A DNA stretch of 50,020 nucleotides, from positions 1-50,020 of the forward strand of contig JBPBQT010000146.1 of NCBI GenBank assembly GCA_050955065.1, written 5' to 3'. Positions 36,149-46,437 of the stretch are shown piece after piece. Each line of letters opens with the position of its first letter. Positions within the stretch are counted from its first letter, which is position 1. The notes under the pieces are model-generated. The model did no database searches, had not been told where the DNA came from, and worked only from the letters and a program-made list of their open reading frames with translations. The DNA is from Janthinobacterium lividum (GTDB lineage Bacteria; Pseudomonadota; Gammaproteobacteria; Burkholderiales; Burkholderiaceae). A program made the translations under genes and the position numbers.

Positions 36149-38620
36149 TCAGTGTCTGCCGCGCGGCGTGATCTTCGGTCGGTCGCCCGTGGCGGGCGTA
36201 CCGGCAGCCAGGCGGGCGGTGGCCCCGGCGGCCAGTCCGCTGGCCATCCCCGTGGCCATCAACCGGGCGGCGGCGGCGGCCGGCGTCTCGGGCCGCTCGC
36301 CATCCTGCAAATGCGCGTCATCGGGCAGCGACACGAAGAAGGTCGCGCCCTCGTCCAGCCGACCTTCGGCCCGCACCCGGCCGCCATGCCGCTCGACGAT
36401 GCGTTTGACGTTTGCCAGACCGATGCCGGTGCCGGCATACTCCTCCTGCCGGTGCAGACGCTGGAACACGCGAAACAGCTTGTCCACGTACCGCATGTCG
36501 AATCCCACGCCGTTGTCCTTCACGAACAGCACGGGGTGCCCGCCTTCCGACGCCGGGCTTGGCAGACAGCCGATGTCGATACGCGGCGTGGCGCGTCCGG
36601 CGCTGAACTTCAGCGCGTTCTCGATCAGATTCTGCATGACCATGCGCAGCAACACCGGATCGCCCCGCACCGTCGGCAATGCGTCGATGCGCCAGTCGAC
36701 GCGCGCGCCGCGTTCCGCCGTTTCGCCCTGCGCGATCGCGCGCACGAGCGCATCCATGTCGACGGTCGTCACCGCCAGCGCGGCGCGGCCCAGCTGCGCG
36801 AACGCCAGCAGGTCGTCCACCAGCCGGCCGCCGAAATCCGCCGCATCGACGATGCGCTGCACGAAGTCGCGGCCGCGCGCGCTCAAGGTCGCGCCGTCGA
36901 GTTCCTGCAGCAGCGCGGCGAAACTGTGGATATGCCGCAGGGGCGCGCGCAGGTCGTGGGAGACGGTATAGGAGAAGTCCTCGAGCGCATGGTTCGCGCG
37001 CTCCAGCGATATCGTCAACTGCGCGAGTTCGTCGGCGCGACGCAACACGATGCCCAGCAGCGCCGCACGGAATTCCACAGCGATTTCCACCTCGGCCGCG
37101 CGCCAGGGCGCCGAGCGGTCGCGCACGATCGCGGTCCAGGTGTCGAAGCTCTCGCGCGGCGACAGCGACGCCGCCAGCGACGCGAGCTTGGTACGGGGAT
37201 CGCCCGCCCATTCGATGGTCTGAATGACCTCGGGACGGAACCAGATCACGTAGTTGCGAAACGTCTTCGAGATCGACACGGCCAGGAAGCCGGCGTACCC
37301 GTCCGCACACCCCGCCTGCTCCCCGAGCCCGGGGCCGCACGCACGGACCCCATCGCTATGCACCACGTCCTGCGGCTGCGCGCCGAGCCAGTCGACGAGC
37401 CGCCATACCTCGTCCTCCGCCGGCACGCTGCCCACCGCCGTGATCCGTCCCTCGAACACGATCGCCGCGCCCGCCGACGCGGTGAAACCCAGCAGGTCCG
37501 TCGCGTCGGCCACCAGCGCGTCGACGAAATTTTCGGTATTCGCCATCTGCGCGAGGAGCGCGCCCAGCGTGCGGCGCAGGTCGAGCCGGTACGTCGCCTC
37601 GGACTGCGCCTCGTTCGCCTCGATCTGCAGCGAGAGAATCTGCGCGACGTGCTCGCACGCGGTGCGCAACTCGAACGCGGGCGTGCGCGGGCTCGCGTGA
37701 TGACAGGAGATCAGGCCCCAGAGACGCTCGCCCACGACGATCGACATCGACATCGACGCGGCGGTGCCCATGTTCCGCATGTATTCCAGGTGAATGGGCG
37801 ACACGCTGCGCAGCGACGACAGCGTCAGGTCGGTGGGCGCCCCGGTCTGCGGGTGCACGCGCGGCACGAGCGCCACGGGCGCGTAATCCGCATCCGCGAT
37901 CAGCCGGATCCGGTTGCGAAGGTAGAGGTCGCGCGCCTGCGCGGGAATGTCGCTCGCCGGAAACCGCTGCCCGAGATAGGACGTGTAATCGTCCTGCAGA
38001 CACTCGGCGAAGACATGGCCGTGGCCGTCGCGATCGAAACGATACACGAGCGTGCGGCCAAAACCCGTGATGGCGGCGATACGCGCCGCGGCAAGGCGAC
38101 CGAGTTCGGCGATCGAGGGCGCGCGCTGGACATCGTTCAGGAAGGCCCGCACCGTCGGGTAGATCGTTTCGAGGCCGTCGTTGCCGCCGCGCGCGCGTTC
38201 CAGCTCGACGGTCACGATGCCGTCACAGCGATGCATGATCACGGCCCATACCGACGCCCCGTCTTCATCGCCCGACAGGTGCGCCGACGCCGGCGCGGGA
38301 ACCGTGCCGAGCAGACGGATCTCGCCCTCGCGCAATTCGTCGACGCGCGCCCGCACCCAGGCCGCCGCGGTCGCACCGATCGCCAGCGGCAACGGTGCGC
38401 CCAGCAGCGCCGCGACGGGCACGCCGCTCCATTCCGGGAAATTGGCACTGACCTGCGCGACGGTGCCCGCGCGCGTCAGACTGACGAGATACCCGTGTGG
38501 CTGGATGCCGCCCGGGATATGGATCGCCTCCCTCGCGCACGCCGTGTCGTGCGTCAACGGCTCAACGATGGCATCCGGCGCTATCTGGTTCATGAATTCA
38601 TCCGGGGAAACGGCATCCAT
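36149..38620 (-). CDS. bphP: Bacteriophytochrome histidine kinase (PAS-GAF-PHY-HK)
   Basis: TACAREAIHIPGGIQPHG (biliverdin-binding Cys), FPASDIPAQAR, LRSVSPIHLEYM, WGLISCHH, LSPRESF, VSHDLRAPLRH, NALKF, GTGIGL. Confidence 0.94.
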   Translation of the reverse strand: MDAVSPDEFMNQIAPDAIVEPLTHDTACAREAIHIPGGIQPHGYLVSLTRAGTVAQVSANFPEWSGVPVAALLGAPLPLAIGATAAAWVRARVDELREGEIRLLGTVPAPASAHLSGDEDGASVWAVIMHRCDGIVTVELERARGGNDGLETIYPTVRAFLNDVQRAPSIAELGRLAAARIAAITGFGRTLVYRFDRDGHGHVFAECLQDDYTSYLGQRFPASDIPAQARDLYLRNRIRLIADADYAPVALVPRVHPQTGAPTDLTLSSLRSVSPIHLEYMRNMGTAASMSMSIVVGERLWGLISCHHASPRTPAFELRTACEHVAQILSLQIEANEAQSEATYRLDLRRTLGALLAQMANTENFVDALVADATDLLGFTASAGAAIVFEGRITAVGSVPAEDEVWRLVDWLGAQPQDVVHSDGVRACGPGLGEQAGCADGYAGFLAVSISKTFRNYVIWFRPEVIQTIEWAGDPRTKLASLAASLSPRESFDTWTAIVRDRSAPWRAAEVEIAVEFRAALLGIVLRRADELAQLTISLERANHALEDFSYTVSHDLRAPLRHIHSFAALLQELDGATLSARGRDFVQRIVDAADFGGRLVDDLLAFAQLGRAALAVTTVDMDALVRAIAQGETAERGARVDWRIDALPTVRGDPVLLRMVMQNLIENALKFSAGRATPRIDIGCLPSPASEGGHPVLFVKDNGVGFDMRYVDKLFRVFQRLHRQEEYAGTGIGLANVKRIVERHGGRVRAEGRLDEGATFFVSLPDDAHLQDGERPETPAAAAARLMATGMASGLAAGATARLAAGTPATGDRPKITPRGRH

Positions 38621-38713
38621 TCTCTCATGCCGTTCGCGTGGCGGCAGCGGAAAAACCGGCCGGCGCGGGCCACCGCCAGCACCGTCACTGCCCCCATCGT
38701 CGATCAGGACCGC

Positions 38714-39898
38714 TCATGCCCGCCGGCGCCGCGCCCCCTGCGCCACCGCGATCAGCAGAAAGGACAGCAACGCCGCGCAGCCGCCCGTGACGAACGCGGA
38801 CGACAGGCCGAAACGCTGCACCACGAGACCCGCCAGCGGGCCGGCCAGCGCCAGGCCGAGATCGAAGCACGCGAAATACGTTCCCAGCACCATGCCCCGG
38901 TGTTCGGCCGCGACCCGCTTCATCGCCTCCACGCCCAGCGACGGGAAGATCAGCGAATAGCCGATCGCCGTCAGCGCGCAGCCGGCAAGCGCCATCCCCG
39001 CGCTGTCCGCCCGCGCGAGCAGCATCAGGCCGGCCGCCTCCACCAGCAGCGACACCATCGCGACCTTGAACCCGCCGACCCGATCCGGCAGGCCCGCGAA
39101 GAACACGCGCATCAGCAGATAGGCGGCGCCGAAGCAACTGATGCCGATGCCCGGGTTCGACCATCCGGCCTCGCCGTAGCGCAACGCGAGAAAGGCCGCG
39201 ATGACGCCGAAGCCCGAGGACGCGAGCGCGAGCCCGACGCCGGGCACCCAGATGGCCTGGATGATCCGCCCCGCCGAAACCCGCTGCCCGCCGGCCGCCG
39301 GCACGCCTTCCCAGCGCGTCACCAGCGCCGCGCCCAGCAGGGGCGCGAGCAGCGCGCACAGCGCCACCGCGGTAAAACCGCCGCGCTGCGCGATCCAGCC
39401 GCCCAGCGGCGCGCCGAACGCGAGCGCGCCGTACATCGCCATGCCCTGCCAGGCCATCGCCTTGCCGGCATGCGCGGGCCCGACGCGGGCGATGCTCCAG
39501 CTGGCGAGCGCGGTGATGAAGAGGCTTTCACCGAAACCCAGCACCAGCCGGCCGGCGAACAGCACCAGCAGGCTCAGAACGGGACGCCCGGTGCACAGCG
39601 CCGACAGCAGATACAGGACGCCGGCCAGCGCCGCGGTCACGAATCCCGCCAGTCCGATCGGCTTCGCGCCATGGGTATCGCACAGGCGGCCGGCGTATTG
39701 ACGCGTCAGCAAGGTCGCCAGCGACTGCAGACCCATCGCGCTGCCGACGGCCACCGTGCCGAAGCCCAGCACGTGGCCCACCTGCGTCGGCAACACCGTC
39801 AGCGGCATGCCGATCGCCAGAAAACCCAGAAACACCGCGACGGTGAAGGGCAGCAACGGGGAGAGGAAAGGGGAACGCGTACCTGCGCTGGGGTTCAT
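38714..39898 (-). CDS. MFS transporter (YfcJ/YhhS-like)
   Basis: FLGFLAIGMPL.VLP..V, GRLVLGFGES, WQGMAMYGALA.GAPLG, PSLGVEA. Confidence 0.88.
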   Translation of the reverse strand: MNPSAGTRSPFLSPLLPFTVAVFLGFLAIGMPLTVLPTQVGHVLGFGTVAVGSAMGLQSLATLLTRQYAGRLCDTHGAKPIGLAGFVTAALAGVLYLLSALCTGRPVLSLLVLFAGRLVLGFGESLFITALASWSIARVGPAHAGKAMAWQGMAMYGALAFGAPLGGWIAQRGGFTAVALCALLAPLLGAALVTRWEGVPAAGGQRVSAGRIIQAIWVPGVGLALASSGFGVIAAFLALRYGEAGWSNPGIGISCFGAAYLLMRVFFAGLPDRVGGFKVAMVSLLVEAAGLMLLARADSAGMALAGCALTAIGYSLIFPSLGVEAMKRVAAEHRGMVLGTYFACFDLGLALAGPLAGLVVQRFGLSSAFVTGGCAALLSFLLIAVAQGARRRRA

Positions 39899-40064
39899 GG
39901 GGTCGGACCGGTGGGCGAGGGGCCGGTATGCCACCGGCAAGGTGTGCACCTTACGTGATCCCGGCGCATGCCGCAATCCTCCGACCGGCGCGGGCGGCGG
40001 CGAACGCAAAACCCTATTTGTAATACAGTGGTCGCACCCCCTTTCTTCTACGGAGCAACACACC

Positions 40065-40913
40065 ATGGCATCGAACGATTCTCCCGTCTGGTTCATCACA
40101 GGTTGTTCGACCGGTTTTGGCCGGGAAGTCGCGAACCAGGTACTGGCGCGCGGCTGGCGCGTGGTCATCACCGCACGCGACAAGGCGAGCGTCGCCGAAC
40201 TCGCGCAGGATGCGCCGGAGCGCGCGCTGGCCCTGAGCCTGGATGTGACCGACGGCGCGCAGATCGCCGCGGCCGTGCAGGCCGCCCAGGAACGCTTCGG
40301 GCGCATCGACGTGCTGCTCAACAATGCCGGCTACGGCTATCAGGCATCGATCGAGGAAGGCGAGGAAGCCGAGATCCGCGCGCAGTTCGACGCGAATGTA
40401 TTCGGCCTGTTCGCGATGACGCGGGCCGTGCTGCCGGTGATGCGCGCGCAGCGCAGCGGGCATGTGCTGAACGTCACCTCCGTCGCGGGGCTGGTGGGGT
40501 TCCCCGGTTCCGGCTACTACGCCGCGAGCAAGCACGCCGTGGAGGGCTGGTCCGACGCGCTCGCCGCCGAGGGCAAGCCGCTCGGCATCAAGGTGACCTG
40601 CATCGAACCGGGCCCGTTCCGGACCGACTGGGCGGGACGCTCGCTCAAGCAGACGCCGAACCGGATCGAGGCGTATGCGAGCACCGCGGGCGTGCGGCTG
40701 ACCGGCACGGCGGGCGGCAGCGGGCAGCAGCCGGGCGACCCGGTACGCGGCGCCAAGGCGATGATCGACATCACCGAGCAGGCGGAACCGCCCCGCCACC
40801 TCGTCCTCGGCGCGTTCGGCATCGACGCGGTGACCGCCAAACTCAAGCGCAGCCTGGCCGATCTCGAACAGTGGCAGGCAACCAGCCTCGCCACCGATTT
40901 CCCGAAAAGCTGA
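40065..40913 (+). CDS. Short-chain dehydrogenase/reductase
   Basis: WFITGCSTGFG, NNAGYG, YAASK, IEPGPFRTD. Confidence 0.93.
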   Translation: MASNDSPVWFITGCSTGFGREVANQVLARGWRVVITARDKASVAELAQDAPERALALSLDVTDGAQIAAAVQAAQERFGRIDVLLNNAGYGYQASIEEGEEAEIRAQFDANVFGLFAMTRAVLPVMRAQRSGHVLNVTSVAGLVGFPGSGYYAASKHAVEGWSDALAAEGKPLGIKVTCIEPGPFRTDWAGRSLKQTPNRIEAYASTAGVRLTGTAGGSGQQPGDPVRGAKAMIDITEQAEPPRHLVLGAFGIDAVTAKLKRSLADLEQWQATSLATDFPKS

Positions 40914-40931
40914 GGCCGACGCCGGATCCGT

Positions 40932-43352
40932 TCAGGCCGGCGCCGGTCCGGGCGGCGTCTGGCTCGCGAGAATCCCGGCGAGTTCCGGGGCATGCAGCGG
41001 CTTGCAGAAGAGAAAGCCCTGCACGTGGCTGCAACCCATCACAGCCAGCGCCTCGTATTGCGCTTCGTTTTCCACGCCTTCGGCGACCACGTCCAGATCG
41101 AGATCCTTCGCCAGTGAAATCACATTGCGCAGGATCGACATCGTGCGCGGTTTCAGCAGCATCCGGGTGACGAAGGTGCGATCGATCTTGATGGTGTCGA
41201 TCGGGTAGCGGTCGATATAGGACAACGACGAAAAACCCGTGCCGAAATCATCGAGCGCGATCTTGACGCCGCGTTTGCGCAGCGCCACCAGCAGGCGCTC
41301 CGTGGCGGGCGAATCGGTGAGCAGCAGCCCCTCGGTGATCTCGATCTGCAGGTCGGCGAGATCGAACCCGTTCGCTTCGGTGAGGGCTTCCAGATTCGCG
41401 AGAAAGCTCCGGTCGCGCAGATTCAGCGCCGACACGTTGACGTTGAGCCGGATCCTCAACGCGGGAAACTGCCGCTGCCAGACCTGCAACTGCGCGATGG
41501 CGCTCTCGCGCACCCACTGATCGATCGTGCCGATCAGGCCCATTCTTTCCGCGATGGGAATGAAAACGTCCGGCGAAACCGGGCCGCGCGCCTCGTGCGT
41601 CCAGCGAATCAGCGCCTCGACGCCGGTGATGACGCGGGTTTGCGCGTCGAAGATCGGCTGATAGCAGATGGTGAAATCCCCGTGGCGCACCGCGTCGCGC
41701 AGATCGGACTGCAACGCCAGCGCCTGCAGCGCCCGCTCGTGCATCGACGGTTCGAAAAACAGGAACCCGCCCGCCGCCGAGCGTTTCGCCGCGTACATCG
41801 CGGTGTCGGCATCGCGCAGCACCTCGGCAGCCGTCGTATAGCGCGCGGACAGGCGTACGATGCCGATACTGCACGACACGAAGACATCCCGCGCAGGCAT
41901 GGGGAACGCGCCGCTCAGCGCTTCCCGGATGCGATGCGCGATGCTTTCGAGATGGACGGCGTCCGCGTCCTGCCGGATCAGGATCACGAATTCATCGCCT
42001 GCGAAGCGCGCCAGCACGTCTTCCGGCCGCAGACAGTGCTGCAACCGCCTGGCCACCTGGACCAGCAGGCTGTCTCCGGCCGCGTGACCCAGGCTGTCGT
42101 TCACCAGCTTGAAGCCGTCGAGGTCGAGGTACAGCAGCGCGCCACCGCTGCCCCGCGCCCGCTCCAGTTCGAAATTCAGCTGCTCGATGACGTAGGCGCG
42201 GTTGTGCAGCTGCGTCAGTTCGTCGTGCGTCGCCGCGTAGACCAGCGCCATCTGCGCGCGCTGCCGTTCCGCCAGCCGTTCGGCGAGCGCTTCGTGCTCG
42301 CGCTCGGCGAAACGGGCCCGCGCCGCCATGGCCTCGGCTTCCTTGCGCTCGGTGGTGTCGCGCTGCACCGACACCCAGTGCGTGAACCATCCGGTCTCGT
42401 CGGCGACGGGAACGATGCTGAGTTCCACCCAGAACTGCGTGCCATCCTTGCGATAATTGAGCAGCTCGATCTCGATCGGCCGCCAGGCGCGCAACGCGGC
42501 CTTCAGCACGTCGAGCGCCGCGCGGTCCGTTTGCGGCCCGTGCAGGATCCGCGGCGTGAGGCCGATGACGTCCGCCTCGCCATAGCCGGTCGTCTTCGTG
42601 AACGCCGGGTTGCAATAGACGATTCGCGGGCCGGGCAGGTCGATCGGCTCCGCCTCGGTGATGAGAATCGCGTCCCGCGTGTTGTTGACGGCCGACTCCA
42701 GCAGGCGCTGTCGCTCGGTCGCCCTGTGGCGCAGCGTGGCACCGCTGTCGGGCAATGCCAGCACGACCGGCGCATCGGCGTCCACATACGCGAGGAACTG
42801 CTTGTTCAGGGTGCCCAGGACGAAATGCTGCGCCGGACTCAAGCCGGGTTTTTCGCGAAACCCGCCCAGCACCAGCAGCGCCCGACGCACGCCCTGGTCG
42901 TCGTGGATGCCCGCCACCACCACGAACGCGAGCGCGTCCGGCGCGCCGGCGCCGAAATCCCTCGGTTCCCGCGTCGGCGCCATGCAGGCGGTATAGGCGG
43001 GTTCCCGCGGCGAACAACGGGCAAGACACTGCACGATGAAGGTTGGGGAAAACAGCGGGGTGTCCGGCGTCGCATTGCCGACTTCGGCCATGCGCCACGG
43101 CACCGCGTCCGGGTCGCCGTTCGCACCTGCTTCCGCGCGCGCACCGACCACCGCCGCGGCCGGCCACGCGGTGCCGGCGTCGTTCCCGGGTGCGTGGCCG
43201 CCAGGTTCGTTGCCGGATTCCTGCACGCTCCCGGGCACGATGCGGTAGATCGCCCCGGCATCACACTCCATGGTCGTGACCGCGCCCACGAGCAGATGCT
43301 CGAGCGCCGTCATCCTATGCGCGGCGGGCGCCCCCGGTCCCGAAAAGTCCAT
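40932..43352 (-). CDS. PAS-GGDEF-EAL c-di-GMP enzyme with a degenerate GAF-like N-terminus
   Basis: PAS (IVYCNPAF..TGY...IGLTPRIL.GP.T...NYRKDG..FWV); DLDGFK.VND..GH..GD, RPED, AGDEF; EAL, DDFGTG, KIDR, AEGVE, QGF. Confidence 0.92.
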   Translation of the reverse strand: MDFSGPGAPAAHRMTALEHLLVGAVTTMECDAGAIYRIVPGSVQESGNEPGGHAPGNDAGTAWPAAAVVGARAEAGANGDPDAVPWRMAEVGNATPDTPLFSPTFIVQCLARCSPREPAYTACMAPTREPRDFGAGAPDALAFVVVAGIHDDQGVRRALLVLGGFREKPGLSPAQHFVLGTLNKQFLAYVDADAPVVLALPDSGATLRHRATERQRLLESAVNNTRDAILITEAEPIDLPGPRIVYCNPAFTKTTGYGEADVIGLTPRILHGPQTDRAALDVLKAALRAWRPIEIELLNYRKDGTQFWVELSIVPVADETGWFTHWVSVQRDTTERKEAEAMAARARFAEREHEALAERLAERQRAQMALVYAATHDELTQLHNRAYVIEQLNFELERARGSGGALLYLDLDGFKLVNDSLGHAAGDSLLVQVARRLQHCLRPEDVLARFAGDEFVILIRQDADAVHLESIAHRIREALSGAFPMPARDVFVSCSIGIVRLSARYTTAAEVLRDADTAMYAAKRSAAGGFLFFEPSMHERALQALALQSDLRDAVRHGDFTICYQPIFDAQTRVITGVEALIRWTHEARGPVSPDVFIPIAERMGLIGTIDQWVRESAIAQLQVWQRQFPALRIRLNVNVSALNLRDRSFLANLEALTEANGFDLADLQIEITEGLLLTDSPATERLLVALRKRGVKIALDDFGTGFSSLSYIDRYPIDTIKIDRTFVTRMLLKPRTMSILRNVISLAKDLDLDVVAEGVENEAQYEALAVMGCSHVQGFLFCKPLHAPELAGILASQTPPGPAPA

Positions 43353-43586
43353 CGTATCGTCTCGTTCGAATTCCCCGCGTCGGCGGGCTGCTGTCGGGTA
43401 CGGACCGGCCGCACCATCCGGCATGTTCCGTCGGATACGCCTCGCGGGCTGTCGCCGCGCGTTTCGCCCCTCCCCTTCCCGGTAACGGCCCAGGCAAGGA
43501 AATATTAAGACATTTTAAACAAGCGCCGGATCTATCGGGGAATCCCTGCATACGGGAAGGGATGCCCGGCAGGCGTCCCACCCCGT

Positions 43587-44375
43587 TCAGGCAACCAGCA
43601 GGTGGTGCGCCGCCGGCACCACCAGACTCAGGCCGGCGCCCAGCAGCAGGACGAAGACCACGCGTTTCACCACTGTCGGCGAGAGGCGCGGCGGGTGCCG
43701 CTTGCAGAGCCACGTCAGACCCAGCACCACCGGCAGCGCCTCGATCGACAACGTCAGCGACAGCGCGTCGAAACGGCCCTGCGGGATGATCAGCAGCAGG
43801 CGCAGGACCGCGTTGACGGCGAACAGCAGCACGAGCGTGTCCCGGATCGTCCCGGCGGCCAGCGGCTGCCGATACATCTGGAACACCATCGGCGGACCCG
43901 CGCTGGCGAACAGTCCCCCCATCACACCCGACAGCGCGCCGAAGAAGGCGAACGACCTCTTGCCGGAGACCGTCTCGCGGCGGCGGCGTGCCACCACCAG
44001 CAACAGACTGCACACCAGCACCGCGATCCCCAGCAGCAGACGCAGCACGATCACCGCGCTGCCGCTGATCCAGCCTAGCAGGGCGACGCCGAGTGCCACG
44101 CCCGCCAGGCTGCTGCCATAAATTGGCAGGGACACACCGGCGGGCAGCTGCGGGCGGTGCCGCACCAGCAGCGCCGCGTTCGCCAGCACCATCACGTTCA
44201 CCACGTTCGCCGCGGCGGGCAGGGGCGCGAGATGAAGACACGCCATCAGCGCGAGAAACACCAGCCCGAACGCGAAGCCGGTCAGCGTCTGCGTCAGCGT
44301 GGCCACCGCCGTCACGGCGAGGAACAGGGCATGATGGAGGAAAAGAGGCAGCCAGCCGCCTGTGACAACATGCAT
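43587..44375 (-). CDS. TauE/SafE (TSUP) family membrane protein
   Basis: QTLTGFAFGLV, GVMGGLFASAGPP; about 8 hydrophobic segments. Confidence 0.85.
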   Translation of the reverse strand: MHVVTGGWLPLFLHHALFLAVTAVATLTQTLTGFAFGLVFLALMACLHLAPLPAAANVVNVMVLANAALLVRHRPQLPAGVSLPIYGSSLAGVALGVALLGWISGSAVIVLRLLLGIAVLVCSLLLVVARRRRETVSGKRSFAFFGALSGVMGGLFASAGPPMVFQMYRQPLAAGTIRDTLVLLFAVNAVLRLLLIIPQGRFDALSLTLSIEALPVVLGLTWLCKRHPPRLSPTVVKRVVFVLLLGAGLSLVVPAAHHLLVA

Positions 44376-44672
44376 GAGAGTCCGGCGTGAAGAAAGGTCG
44401 GGGATCGGGATCGGAAATTCGGTGCCACATCACGCGCATCGCGCGCGCAACGCGGCATCTTGCCAGAACCGGGACGGCCCGTGCGTACGATCTGCGGATC
44501 GGGGACCCGCCGTGGGCAGCACGCCCGATCGAGACGGGAGAATCGGCACAGCGAAATCGATGCGGCGGAATCGGCACGGCGGAATCGGGCTCAAGCCGTC
44601 ACGCCGGGCATCCGGCAGTGCTATCATCGTCGTACGAATACACCGCACCCGCATTCGCTTGCGTCCCTCTTC

Positions 44673-46355
44673 GTGCCTGCCAGTTTCCCCGATCCCTACT
44701 ATTACCTCGCGAACTTCGAGCGGGCGATCCATTGGGTCGCGGAGCGCAGCGACGATCTGCTCGCCGACGACGAGCGCGCGTTCATTCGCGACTTCCCCCG
44801 GCTGCCGCGCGCGGCGCGCGCGCTGCTGGTACGCATGGTGATGCGCCGCGGCGCGCTGTTTCGGACCGCGCGCCTGCTCTACGACGAGATCGGCTGTCCG
44901 GTGGCCGCCAGCGCGCCGCTGTGCGCGCACGGGTGGCTCGACGCCGCGCCGCTGCTCTCGCTCGACGACCTCTTCCGGCTGGTGACGAAAGCCGAACTCG
45001 CCCAGGTGTTTCCCGACGAGCGCGCCGCGCTGCGAGGGCGCAAGTCCGATGCGCTCGACGCGCTGCGGTGCGACCATGCCGACGCCCGCACCTATGCGCA
45101 ATGGCATCCGGCGGCGGACGACGCCGTACTGCAAGTCACGATCGGCGCGCTGGTCGACCGGCTGCGCCTGCTGTTTTTCGGCAACCTGCATCAGGACTGG
45201 ACCGAGTTCGTGCTGGCCGATCTGGGCGTGTTTCAATACGAGCAGGTCGCGTTCGAACGCTCGTCGCGCGCGTTCCAGTCCCGCGCGGACGTCGACGCCT
45301 ATCTCGTCCTGCACGCGTGTCGCGAAACGCTCGACCTGCTGGGCGCGGAGCACGACGACGCCGTCTTCGACGCGCTGCTGCACACCGCCCTGTCGGACAC
45401 GGGCCTGACCGCGGCGTCCACGCGCGCCAATTCCTGGCTCGCGCACCGCCGCGACAAGCTGCTGTTCCGCCTGGGACAGCATTGCGAGCGGCGGCAGGAC
45501 TGGGCGCGCGCGCTGGCTGTTTATCAGGATAGCGCTTACCCGGGCGCGCGGCACCGGCGCATGCGCGTGCTGGAGCGCGCGGGCAGCCATGACGCGGCGC
45601 TCGTCCTTGCGCAGTCCGCGCTCGACGCGCCGGAGAGCGACGCCGAGGCGCAACGCATCGCGCGCATGCTGCCGCGTCTGCACCGCGCATTGGGCAAACC
45701 GCTCGCGCGCAAGGCCGCCGCGCCGCCGCTTGCCAAGACCCGACTGGTGCTGCCCCGGCCAAGCGGCGCGTTCAGCGTCGAGCGGGTTGCGTGCGAGGCG
45801 CTGGCCGAACCCGGCGCGGTGGTCCTCTACGTCGAGAACGCGCTGCTCAACTCCCTGTTCGGCCTGCTATGCTGGGAGGCGATCTTCGCCGCGGTGCCCG
45901 GCGCGTTCTTCCATCCGTTCCAGAGCGGCCCGGCCGACCTGCATGCGCCCGACTTCGCAGCGCGCCGCGCGCCCTGGTTCGCCGCCGCGCTCGCGCAACT
46001 CGATGGCGACGACTACAAGGCGACGATCCTGCGCCATTTCCACGCGAAGGCCGGCCTGCAATCGCCGTTCGTCTTCTGGGGCTGGCTCACCGACGACCTG
46101 CTCCGGCTCGCGCTGCACTGCCTGCCCGCCGCGCACCTGAAACGCTGCTTCGAGCGCCTGATGGCCGACGTCGTGGCGAACCGCACGGGCTTCCCCGACC
46201 TGATCCGTTTCTGGCCCGACGAGGGCCGCTACGAGATGGTCGAGATCAAGGGGCCGGGCGACCGGCTCCAGGACAACCAGATCCGCTGGCTGGCGTACTG
46301 CGCGGCGCACGACATGCCGATGCGCGTCGTGCACGTCGAATGGGAGGCGGCATGA
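44673..46355 (+). CDS. VRR-NUC domain nuclease (bacterial FAN1-like)
   Basis: YYLANF, ALLVRMVMR, LFFGNLHQDWTEFVLADLG, YVEN, GLLCWEAIFA, GFPDL...YEMVEIKGPGDRLQDNQ.RWL; start approximate. Confidence 0.9.
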   Translation: MPASFPDPYYYLANFERAIHWVAERSDDLLADDERAFIRDFPRLPRAARALLVRMVMRRGALFRTARLLYDEIGCPVAASAPLCAHGWLDAAPLLSLDDLFRLVTKAELAQVFPDERAALRGRKSDALDALRCDHADARTYAQWHPAADDAVLQVTIGALVDRLRLLFFGNLHQDWTEFVLADLGVFQYEQVAFERSSRAFQSRADVDAYLVLHACRETLDLLGAEHDDAVFDALLHTALSDTGLTAASTRANSWLAHRRDKLLFRLGQHCERRQDWARALAVYQDSAYPGARHRRMRVLERAGSHDAALVLAQSALDAPESDAEAQRIARMLPRLHRALGKPLARKAAAPPLAKTRLVLPRPSGAFSVERVACEALAEPGAVVLYVENALLNSLFGLLCWEAIFAAVPGAFFHPFQSGPADLHAPDFAARRAPWFAAALAQLDGDDYKATILRHFHAKAGLQSPFVFWGWLTDDLLRLALHCLPAAHLKRCFERLMADVVANRTGFPDLIRFWPDEGRYEMVEIKGPGDRLQDNQIRWLAYCAAHDMPMRVVHVEWEAA

Positions 46356-46437
46356 TGTGCACCCGATGTGTCCGCCACGCGCCCGCCATTCGCGTCCGGC
46401 CATCCCTTCCTGAAAAATCCCGCCACACGCCCTTTTC

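Noticed and set aside
35456-39958. 1500-aa + strand ORF
   Set aside because: Antisense shadow of RR, bphP and MFS; Arg/Ala-rich with no motifs, as expected in high-GC DNA
42350-42690. Canonical LOV blue-light sensor
   Set aside because: The adduct-forming Cys of GRNCRFLQ is absent
44560-44672. LexA box upstream of the VRR-NUC nuclease
   Set aside because: No CTGT-N8-ACAG match found; only a TGCTATCAT extended -10-like element near 44619
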